DNA from: Paragordius varius
Lineage: Eukaryota; Animalia; Nematomorpha
Assembly (NCBI GenBank): GCA_964247055.1
Contig: OZ176052.1
Span: 9,052,001 to 9,116,000 of the forward strand
Direction of reading: 5' to 3'
DNA length: 64,000 nucleotides
In this document: positions 42,401 to 54,434 of the stretch, in pieces
Numbering within the stretch: the first letter of the stretch is position 1
Layout of the letters: each line of letters begins with the position of its first letter
Program-made: the position numbers and the translations under genes
The notes under the pieces: model-generated
What the model saw: the letters and a program-made list of their open reading frames with translations, nothing else
Database searches by the model: none
What the model was told of the DNA's origin: nothing

Positions 42401-45400
42401 TATTTATTTAATCATGGAAAAAAATTAGATTTTATATTCATTTAACACTCCGAAATTGCGTTTATGTAATTTATAATTTTTTTATTATAAAATATTTAAA
42501 ATGTTAAATTAAAAATAAGGCCGATATGATGAGTTTCGATTGTGACCGATGTATCCCTATAATTACCATTTTTATGTTTTTAATGAAAAGATTTTGTGAT
42601 ATGGGTTCAGTTTGATAAATTTTGTGGATAATATATTTATATAAGGGCCCTTATCTGATATCCCCATTTTTCATATTGATATTGGTAATAATTTAGATTA
42701 AAAAGAACCAAAAATCAAATTTTAAGCTATTCTTTAACAATATATCCTATATAAATATCTTATTTTAAAACCAAAATCAGGAGAAAATTTTGTAAAAATT
42801 GAATAGTTCAATAGGCTCATTTGGCACACCAAAAGTACATAAATTCTAAATCATTGATTAAAATTACCAATTTTCACACGATTTAATTGTTCATCGGTTA
42901 AATAAAGGTTCGTTTTTAGGTTATTTTTTAGGTTTGAGTTAAGGACATATTTGTCTCTAGCATAGGATATGACCTTGAACACACGAAAAAGTATTAATTA
43001 TTATTATTAAATAAATAATTAAACCCAAAATTTTATAATGGTATATCAATGATGTTTGCTTACAATAAACTTTCTTAACAAGGTTTAATCAAATAAACAT
43101 AATTAAAAAATATTGCTTTTGGACATTATAAAAAATATTTTATGAAAAGATAAATAAAAATATTTTTCTTTAAATGATCGAACTTTAGCCAATAAACACC
43201 ACAGAATATGTAAGTTTTAAATTTTCCTTAGTAGCGGAATCCAGTTTCAAACCATGTCTCTTTCCATGTATAACAAATGCAAAAGAAATGTCAGAATTTT
43301 TTTAAAAATGGACTTAAATGTGTGGTTTATGTCACAATATTGCAAGATTATAGCTGGCCACTCAATAAACTTATGATATAAAAAATTACGATCACATAAA
43401 TATTTTTAAAGAGTATGATTTTTTTGAAAGTTATCTGATTCTTTTCTTCTTTACTAAAAGGATATCATCCAAGTTTTACAGTTACCTGGTTTATATCTTT
43501 TAATATGGATAATAAACTTTATAGAAGCAAATGCTGTTGTTATCCATTATTTTATGTTTTTTCCCCATAATAATTTATAATTAATATAGTTAAGTATCAC
43601 AATGTAGTTTCCAAATTTATCGATCAAATCTAATATTTATTACTGAAAAAAATCAACTGTCCGACACCAAATAATGATGATATAAATGATTGTAATAACT
43701 TATAAATATAGATATATATTAATAGCAAGCAGCCTTTTGAAAACAATAGCCAACAATCATAATGTAAAAAGTTTCAGATTTAATTTATTTAATTTTATTT
43801 TTTTTGCCATTAAATAGCTTTTATAAATATATAGATGATATGATGATTTTGTATTATATTCAGTAGTTTTTTTATCAAACTTAAATACTTTTAACGTTAG
43901 GAGAGTTTTAAAAAATCAATAAATTATTTTTGGTTGTTTGCCACTTTTAGCCTAATCTTAAAATTAAATTTAAATTATTGTTATCATTATTTAATATTAT
44001 TTGTGGAATTACTCTACTCAATCGTTTTTAATTTTATCTCATTATTAATAACAAAAACAATCGTTTTACTATAAATTTAAATTGATAAATGTAATTATAT
44101 AAATTATATGAACAAAATATATTATACTATATTTTGATATTTTTTTTATTATATAAAAATGAGATACATTAAAATAATTTAATTATTGTAATGTACAACA
44201 AACTTGATTATTATGGACATATTTACATTTTAAATCGACCAAATTTTTATTGAATCATGATGGCATTATGTTAAAATATCAGCAGGCAAATTAAAAAACG
44301 GAAATATATGATAATTCTTAACTATTGTTAATTTCTCATATGTCATAGCTTTGCAAAAATTTGTAAAAAACGTTAAAATTAATTAACTAATTAAAGAGTC
44401 AGGGTTATTTTTTGTAAAGAATAATAAAAATATATATCCGAAAAGAATATAAAATTTACTACCGATTTTTCCAATGGACTTAATTTCAATTTTTAGACAT
44501 TCGCTCATTCAGTATCCACTACTATTTATAACTGATTTAATTTTTCAAACACTTTTTAGTGCACAAGGAATTATCGTTATTGCTGCATTCATAATTATGG
44601 ATTCAGATGCCTATTAAGGGAGGTCGAAAGGTTTATACATGCCCCGGGCTTTACAAATTAAGGCACCTCAAATTAATATTTTCTTATTTTTTTTCAAGGT
44701 TATCCTTGAAACTTTGGAACCATCGACCAAACCGTTATCAAATATTTTTGATTGTTTAAATTTTCTTTTGTTCAAGTGGTTTTTAATAATAATATTATTA
44801 TTTTTAAATTGATTACATTTTTGTGATAATTAACGTTATTATTATTAAATATAATAACATTAAACAAATTTTTAATCTATTTTTTTTCGATTTAACGCTT
44901 TAAAAAATTAAATATGTTTAAAATAGATTTTATACATCCAATAAATTTGGATTTAACCCTTTTTTATTTTGTAAAACTCCCTTGTATTAATTTCCTTGCC
45001 AACAGTCATTCGTTACAAAAGTTAATATAAACTAATAATAGAAAGAGCAACAATATATCCATTTTTTAAATGCACTTCCTAATTGGGTGATTTTACGACA
45101 ACAACTATTTATAGTTTTTTCTTTATCTTTCAAAAAATAATGTTTTTAGTCAAAGATAACACTTGTTTTTTTAACTTATAATAATCATCTTGTTAATTTT
45201 TAATAATCATCATAAGATATGATTAATCTTGTTTCTTTACCACTTCTTTTTCCCCTTTTTTATTTCTTTGTAAGTTTTTTGGATGATAAAATATATATAG
45301 GTAAAAGGTAAAAAAACAAATTATTGTGCATAATAATTTTTATTTTTATAGGTTTTTATTCTTCTCAAAACTAATTAATTAGTGTAATTTAAAAGTTTGG

Positions 45401-47559
45401 AAGATGAATATTAATGCAAATATTGGTAGGTATAATCTGTTTATAAAGTATTGGTTAAGAGTTAATACGTGAAACATTTTTGTCAAAGCTTGTATATGAT
45501 GTACTAAAAATTACAAAATATATATATATGTTTTAATCTCAAAAAATATATGTTATGATGTTAAAACAAGCTTACTTATATCATTATTACTTTTTTTTCA
45601 ATCCGTTAAAAGCACTCACTTAGTTTCTTTTATCTCTCCCTCCGCGCACACAACATCCCTTTTAACGTATTAACCCAAAAGAAAAGTAGAAATAAAACTA
45701 GTTATCTTCTTATAGATTAATTTGTAAATACAACATATGTATGTATAACATATATGGTGTTGCATAATCATATATATATAATACATATATATTGTATTGA
45801 TTGAAACTATACATGTTGTAATATTTTGTACAAAAATTAAAAACAAGGTTAAAAAATTTATCATCTTTCTTCTTATTTTATTTTATCAACATTTTTATTG
45901 TTAAAAAGTTTATGATATTACTCAAATGTTGTACTTTTACAGTTTAACATATAAATATTTATCGCCACTTTAAATTTTTTACTATAACTATATTAAATAA
46001 TTGTATCGTAATGTTTTACATTCTTACCCAGTCCTTATTTGAACAAATTGACAACTGTCCTTTGTAAGTTTTTTTGAACTCTCATTTCAATGTATATATT
46101 ATTTTATTTATATGTTGTAACATGTAACTGTTTGTTTAGTTTAAAAATAGCGCATAGCATAAACCCCTTATTATTTGCTTTTTTTTTTAATTTTAATACT
46201 AGGTAGGTTAGGTTAAATAACTAATTTTATTTGGTCAATTTAATCATTAAAGATTGCTGGATGTGTTGTGTAAATAAAAAACTACGACCAAACCAGTTGA
46301 TATGTAAAAATTAACTATTAACGGGCTACTAATTATTTAGTTATAAAAACTTAAAAATTAAAGTTTAGAGCGAGTATCAGTAAAACACAGCGAATACCTG
46401 CATATTCACCCTTCTATATTTAAATTTAGAAGGGTTATCCATTAAAAAATAAGCTACGCTTTTAAGTGTTAACCTTTTGCCGATAACTTTTCTCTTATTT
46501 TTTTCGTACATATATAATTTTTCTGGATAACACCAGTAAGTGGACCAAAAAAATGGTGAAAGATATATACGTATAAAATAATATGAATGTCATGGACAGG
46601 CACGCACATAAATGTAAAATATGTCAATGTTAAGTGGTATAGTCGCAACTTTTAGTAGTCATTAAGTATTTATGTGTGCATAAAAAAGCAAAACTTTGCA
46701 AAAAATTGTGTATTCCTCCCAAAAAGGGTTTTTTGTCCGAAATCTATGGACCAATATATTTATATATCTATAGACTACTGCTGACATGGTGGTGTATTTT
46801 TATTGTTTACCTTTTATGATGTTATCCATTTCTTTTTATGTCTTATTTTTAGTGTTAATATCACTCACCACTACCCAATTCGATTTTTATGTTTTTGGTA
46901 ATGATCTTTATACATTTATTGAGTGCTTCCGAATGTAAAAAAACGTTTCTTAAAAATAAAGGTAAAACAGTCTTTATTAACACTTTTTTAAAAATGTATA
47001 ATAGATATCTTAAACATCTATGCAATAAAATTTATATAACATATCACCTAAAAATTGTATTGGTGTTTTTTATCAAAGTTGTTTTTGTCCCACACTTTTA
47101 ATAAATAAAATTTGGAGTTTTTTTAACAAAACTAGCCCAATCAAAATATTGATTTTTTTTTCAAACTTAAATGAAGTGAAACAAGGAACAAAGAGACATT
47201 TATAAATGTGGGCAGCAGAATTTTTTTTATTTTGACAATGTAGGTTACAATTAAATTGGATAATTTAAAAGATGGATAATAGTTACACTCCACTCTATGT
47301 CATATGAAAAAAATAATATTTTATATTTTTTCAAAACTTAAAACATATTTACCAATAAACAAAAGAAATAATTAGTTTAAAACAATTTCAATTAAACAAC
47401 CAAAAATGTCACTATTTATAGTATGATAATAATGTTGTGATTTTACTAATCGATGTAACCATAATTTTTAATTCTTATTCCTTTCTATAGTGTTCTCACA
47501 TTAAAATTGCAAAATTGTTATATATTCCCTGTCCTTACCTCCTACATGTCACATTTTAA

Positions 47560-50500
47560 ATGATGGCTACCGAATCCGATAGATTTTTATACATGATTGA
47601 TCAACATCAATACACAAAAATGGAAAATAATTCAGCAGCAAAAACCATATCTCCAGATCGTCTAACCTCATCCTCTCCTGTGTTGTCTTGTGATAGCTCC
47701 TTTGCTAATCATTATTTTTCGGAAGAAATGCCCAAAACTAATTATTCTACATCTCATACCAATGAACCTGAATCCGACACTGTCATATCCTCATTGAATA
47801 ATAAAAAAATGGAGGAGCCAACCAATGAGAATGCTACTACATTTTATACACATGAATACAACACCAACAATGATAAAAATAGTGGTGATAATATTAACTC
47901 ACCGCATTCAATCGATTCAGAGGCGAAATCCAAAACGCAAGCCGCAGCCTTTAGTAAAAATGACCAAGCAAACTCCAATGATGTACAGGAAAATGAACTG
48001 AACGGACTTGAAGGGCGCAAAAAAATGCGCAAAAATTTGAAACCCAATAAAATGTTTCCCACAGAAAATACTGGTGTTTCTGAAGACAGAGAATTAAATA
48101 TGACACATCCCAATAATGATGTGGACCATATAACTCCAGAATGGTATAATATCTCTTTCTCTAAATTTGATTATATAATTCCTTTAAAAATCACATAAAT
48201 TCACTTTTTAATTTTATTGCTTTTAGTGTTTATACTTTCTCTCTCTCTACATTTATTATAATTGATAATAAAATTTACCGTTAATTTTTTTATTTAAAAG
48301 TGTAATTTTATTTTTTTATTTGTGTTTTAATACCACTTTATACCATTAAAGTAAGGTAATTTGAGACAAAGAAGTTAATAAGAACTATAATGCCAAAAAG
48401 GTTTTTTTCTTCAAAAAGTAAATTAGTTTGCGAAAAAGTCATTTATTTCAAACTTTAAAAAAGTATACATTATATTACCGCTGTATTCACAATAAAATTG
48501 TAATTAATTAACTTATTAATAGTTCACCTGTGCACACAAAATATCCACGTGAAAATGGGCATTCAACAATGAGTTGGGATTCCTCATTGTATCATTATCC
48601 TAATACCTCCGACATAGAACCCTGTAGAAAAAGTGTTATAAAATCTGTATTGGAAAAGCAGGGTTCCTCAATAGATATTAGCACAGAGATCGATAGACCA
48701 TCATTATTAAAACATAAACAACCAGCCAACGAAACGATATCAAGATCAATCCAAAATAATTTAGCAACTTATCAAGATATCCCAAGCTCCCTATACAAAT
48801 TCGAAACAATGTTAAAACAACCCGCCCTTAGCCCATTTTACCGTATGTTAATGGGTCAAACTGATGCCTCTGAAATGGCTTTATATACCATGAGTCCGGA
48901 TCATGGCAAAAAACGCAAAAGTGAAAAGGGACAGTTGCCTAACAATTTACACCAAATAACTGAAGTGATATCCAAAAAATTAAAAAGTATCCATATTGAA
49001 TCAACTAAAAATTAAATTATGTATGTTTTAACGTAAAATTAATTTTAAAAAATATTTAGTATCCATATTATAAAAGTAATTAAACAAGATAAATGGTTTA
49101 TTAATTTGCTGGTGTCAAACCATATAATATTTATGCCCATTGTCGTTTTTTGTTGGAAAATTAGAGAACCATTTGCATATCATGAATATTTTATGTAAAT
49201 TTTCATTTTTCTTCACGAAACTTCTATTTTCTATCATTAAAGACTGTGCAATTATACCAAATCACACATCTCATTTGATTTATAGAAACTCACAGTGATT
49301 ATAATCGCTATTGAGTTTCTTTTTTTCGGACGCGCACGCTTAAATCGTAATTAGTTCTTGTGCGCGCGTCTCATTTTATTTTACTAAATCTCCATAACAT
49401 TTAAATATATTCATTTTTATTATAAGTTAAGCATGTTAAATAGGTAAAAAGTTTGCACAAAATCAGGGGAAAACTCAAAAACCATTTATTGCAGCAGCAG
49501 CGATAAATAAATAATTTTTGCCAATTTTTTATTAAGATCACGCAAATCTTATAGAAACACATAAATAAATTTAAATGTTTATTAAAAAAGCAAAAAGTTA
49601 TTATGTATCCATCATTATTATCTCAAAAAATTTAATATACAACTTTTTACAATATTTTAGCAGCGGAAACGAATAATGAAGAAAGAAGTCAAGATGTGCT
49701 ATCTAAATATACCTCTGACGAATTCACCAAAATATTTAATGCCGAAACTATTCAAAAGCTAATGGCTTCCTTTGCAACTAGCATGCCTGTTTCACCACAG
49801 AATCAAATTAATAATAACGCGACACAAAAAAATGTCACCAGAGAACCGAAATCTCTTGTGTCTACTGCTTATAATACGGTATCTAAATGCCCATGGCCCG
49901 GTTGCAAAGGCCTGGGCCATGTTACAGGTCTTTATGACCATCATAGAAGTTTATCTGGGTGTCCGCTTAAGGCAAAAGCCACTGCCCAACAAAGAGAATT
50001 GGGCATACATAGTCCACGTTCGACGGCACACAGCATGCTTAAATTGAATGCAACGCACAAAGCGAAAGATGAGATTAATAAAACTAAAAATTTATTCCTT
50101 AAACAATCCCCTATTCTCAATAATAATGATGATCAATTAAACAATCACTACAATAATGAATCGTTCAAAAATATGAAGTGTGAAACAGACAATGTGTCAC
50201 CCAAAACAAAAATTTCTGAGACTATTGAATCAATATTTGAAAGAGAAAAGATGAATAATGGTGTTGATTCTCGTCTTCAAAAACTAAACAATCAAATAAA
50301 ATTACCCCATGAATTGGCTTTGTATCATTCCATGTTGGAGGAAAGCAATATAAAATGCCCTACACCAGGTTGCGAAGGCAAAGGACATGTAAAAATAGGA
50401 CGAAGCATACATCGAAGGTAGTGATTTTTATTATATTTTATGTTGCTATATCCACTAAATATTAGATTATTTTATGATAAATACACAGGGAATAATTAAA

Positions 50501-53500
50501 ACTATAAATAAATGCCAATGGCTTGTGACAAATTATCAATGCATTTATGACCATTATTGCCACTTATTTATGAGAATAATCAGCTAAAACTTTTGTCCAC
50601 ATGTTTATCAAGTTATAAATACAAAATTTAAATTTTATGCGCAAAATTATACCATTATAGTTGATTACAGTACAGTGCATTAGGGTTAATGGTAATTCAG
50701 TTATTTCAAAATATTTTCATATGCAATATAAAATAGCAATAATAACTGCGAATAACTGCATTTATAACCGGTCAAACCAATTAATCAAATCTTTTACCTT
50801 ACATGCAGAGTGGCTATACCATTAAAATTTAATCATAAGGATTATAAAATATATTTTGTATATAGTTTATCTGGGTGTCCATTGGCAGCTATCAATAAAT
50901 CGATCATTAACAAAGAGTTGACAAATGATTCGTCAAACATAAAAGAAGAATCAATATCGTCGGCCACTCCATCGTTTTCAACGAATGAATTGAGGTAATT
51001 TTCAAATAAAATATTATGTTAAAGTAAAGGTTTTAGAGTAAAAAGGCATAATTTGATTTTCTTTTAAAGCATTCCTAAAATATTAGAAATTTGAACCGAC
51101 CGAATTACTTGTAAATGAAACTACAATTGAAAATTCCATTTAACTTAGTCATTAGTTATTTAAATGAAAAGTAATTTAACTTTGAGTTTTAGTGACTGAT
51201 CTTTTGCACAAGTTTAATAAGATTATTTCAAATTTATAAACTAAACTGTATTCAATATATACCCTTACCAAAAAAGGCATTCATTAAATTTCAAAATATA
51301 GATATTATAACCTTTTTACTGACAAATTATATAAAACACAGTTTATTTATTCTATAAATTATTTTTTATATAAACTATATTTAGAAGTCAAGATTCGCCT
51401 TTATTAAACGGACTTAGGAAAGATAATGATGAAAGTATGGAACATGATAATTTTGGAGCCAATTTATTTAACAACCTAATACCGCATTCTGAAGAAATAT
51501 CCATGATTCAAGAGGCACTTAAAAGAAACTTCACAAACTTTTTGTGGGAAAAAAATTTTGGTCATCATTTGGCCAACCTTAGTAACTTTTTTAACCCTAA
51601 TAAGACTTTGAATGATTGTCATGCCCCAGCGAAAAAACCCGAATCGCCTAAAAATAAAAGTTATAGCGAAGGAGAAAACTTGGTGAAACAAGAATGTAAA
51701 AATACCAATATGTTTGAAATATCATCACCTACTTATGAGTCTAAGGATAATTTTGAGAATTATTCGAAAAACTCAAATGTTATTTCTGCCAATCCTTACT
51801 ATTTTATGTTAAAAAATTTGGAGTCGCATAATAATAACTATAATAATAATGACAATACAACTGTTAAAGAAATTGATAATATTAATACAACCGAGAAATC
51901 CCCTAAAATTGTAGATATTCCAATTGCTAAAAAGGATTATGATCTCGCCATGTTTCAACAAAATGCCCTCAATTTTTACAAGGATTATTACAAGTGTTTG
52001 GAATCATTTTTTCCATCACCGCATACTAAAACGCAAAATTTGAATTTGCAGCAGGAAATAAAGGAATCAGAAGAAAGTCCTTTGGATTTAACACATGGCA
52101 AACGAAAGTAATTTAATATATTTTAATTTTTTCATCCGAGTGTATGTGGAAAACTGTCTATTAATCTTAAATTATTTTTCAGACGTGAAAAATCGACGGA
52201 AGAAAAGGAAGTTGCTGAAGGTTACATTTCAAATGACGTTTCCCAAATTAAAGTTGTCGATGAGAAGATTATGAATTTTACTTTTCCGAATCCCTTACAA
52301 ATTCACAAGTACATTTTTTATAGTGATATCTTGCAAAAAGATCTTTTTAATTTAAATTTATTTTTTTAATTTATCATAACATTTCTTACTTATCAACATC
52401 TTTACCCGAACAAAAATAATAATTTTCTGAAAATTGTCTTTAAATAAATAAACTGCCAGGCAACTTTATGAAACAAAATATTAAACCATATGAAGTACTA
52501 ATTAGTCGCTATCAAATTGACTTAAATTAAATTAATTTGTAACAGAATTTGGTTAATCACTAAATAAAATAGCGCAATATCAACGTATGACTAAGGTTGG
52601 GATTCACCGGTTATGAATGTCAGGACCGTTACAGTGACCGCCTGAAAAATAATCAGGCAAAAACTACGAATAATCATGCGATTAAAATTAATATTTAGTA
52701 TGGCATAACCAAATTAAACATATAAAAATTTAATTTTTTATCAGATTTTCATTATTGACTAAAATATTTTGACACCATTTAAACAACCAATTCAAACAGT
52801 TAATTTGATTTTGTTAGGGTTACTATAAACATATAATTACCGGTATTAAGATTACTTATTTCCAGGATGCTGCATTTTTAAGCGGTCAACGATTTTTATT
52901 CCTTTAACTGGTCAAAAACCCAACCATTTTTTGATTTAAAATTTTGTTTTATTATTTTTAAATACTATATTTTTTCCAGGTGTCCGACTCCTGGTTGCAA
53001 CGGTATCGGTCATGCCACAGGAAATTATTCGTCCCATAGAAGTGCATCAGGGTGTCCTTTGTTAGCTGCCGCATCTGCTTACAAGAAAAAACAATTGTCA
53101 CAACAATTAACTCATGCTTTAAACTCGTCCACTCATTTGACCAATACGGATTTAATGAAATATTTTACGAGCTTACCTAAACAATACCCATTTATAGACA
53201 CACAAACTAATACACCTGTAAAATTAAAAGCAATGAATGAAACCGTTTTTAATTCAAAGTATGGGGAAGTTAATGCTTTATTAAGGAATGGGGAGGATCC
53301 CCAGCTGCCCAAAACAATCGATAATACAATACACAATACAACCAATCTCATGATCGACTCTAAAATTGATCCATCTCTTAACACACTTTCCATAGAGATT
53401 TTAAGGTTTACCATCATTTTTATTTATATAAATAATACCATGTATAATATTTATAAAATTAAACTGAAAAAAAATTATTAAATATTATTTTCAAATGAAT

Positions 53501-53833
53501 AGATGTCCGACAAATGGATGTGATGGTACTGGTCACGTTACAGGCAAATATTTAAGCCATCGGAGTATATCTGGTTGTCCGATAGCAAATAGCCATAGAG
53601 CCAAACCTTCTATGTTCTCTAACACAACTCTTATCCATTCAACAGATTCAAAAAGTTCCAAGCTTAAAAAACTCGAGAATGGTGAAAACAATATAAACAA
53701 GTTACTGTTTGGTAATAATTACATGGAATACCTAAATAAATTTCTCCCAATGATTGAGCGCAAAAGCGACTCTAAAGACCCAAAATCCGATATATTTGGA
53801 GAGAATAATCATCACACCATGATCTCAAATTGA
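47560..53833 (+). CDS. MYT1: MYT1/MYT1L/ST18-family C2HC (CCHHC) zinc-finger transcription factor, ~1179 aa, 4 fingers
   Basis: Exons 47560-48143, 48523-48986, 49661-50417, 50866-50994, 51385-52107, 52183-52308, 52980-53405, 53503-53833 (3540 nt, phases close; the exon 2 donor is the least certain). Fingers: [52 protein letters not shown] (split by an intron), [52 protein letters not shown]. Confidence 0.92.
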
Positions 53834-54434
53834 AATGCTGTGTTTGTTTATACGAAAGTTAATGTGAAGACCAAAACTCATTTGATATGTACATTTATAT
53901 ATATAGTAGAGAGATTTTATTACATAGTCAATAGACAATTGTGTAAGAAATCAACTTAGAAAATTCATTCCTATTTTTTTGCATAATAATAGTAGTAAAA
54001 AAATGTGCAAATTATATGACAACACATCATTTTTTTAACTGTACAATCTTATTGCACTTTATATGTGGTCCAATTTAATAAATAATATTAAATTTATGTG
54101 GTTGTGAAATAATCCTAAAAATGTAGAAATATTCTAAAAAATGATTAAAAATACTTTTAATAATAAAATAAATTATTTACTTGAATAATCCGATCTATGA
54201 ATTAATCCATCAACGGCAGTATTGGGTAGCTCAAGGGTACAAGAATATTTAGCCAGATTGACTCATGTCCATATTTTTTATCAGGAATAAAAGAAACGTC
54301 ACCAGGCTCTTAACCCGAAATCAGATATCATTAGCTTATTTCAATTATTATTAGTTTTAAAATATAACCTAAAAACATTTTGGAACTTAAAAACAAGGAA
54401 GCAGACGATAATTTTTTATAATCGTTTCGTAACC

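Noticed and set aside
44655-44670. TAAGGCAC (miR-124 seed-like) and a small hairpin at ~23047-23070
   Set aside because: No extended mature-miRNA match and no ~60-nt precursor stem.
16472-47559. AAAGTT (MYT1-site) occurrences as autoregulatory elements
   Set aside because: On the order of 100 matches are expected by chance in 64 kb of this composition; I saw no convincing cluster.
54210-54331. Weak U4-snRNA-like string (GGCAGTATTGGGTAGCTCAA), tRNA-like GGCTCTTAACCC and a minus-strand ISDFGL kinase-like peptide
   Set aside because: Each match is short and lacks the rest of the molecule (no Sm site or U6-pairing region, no cloverleaf, a stop right after ISDFGLRAW).
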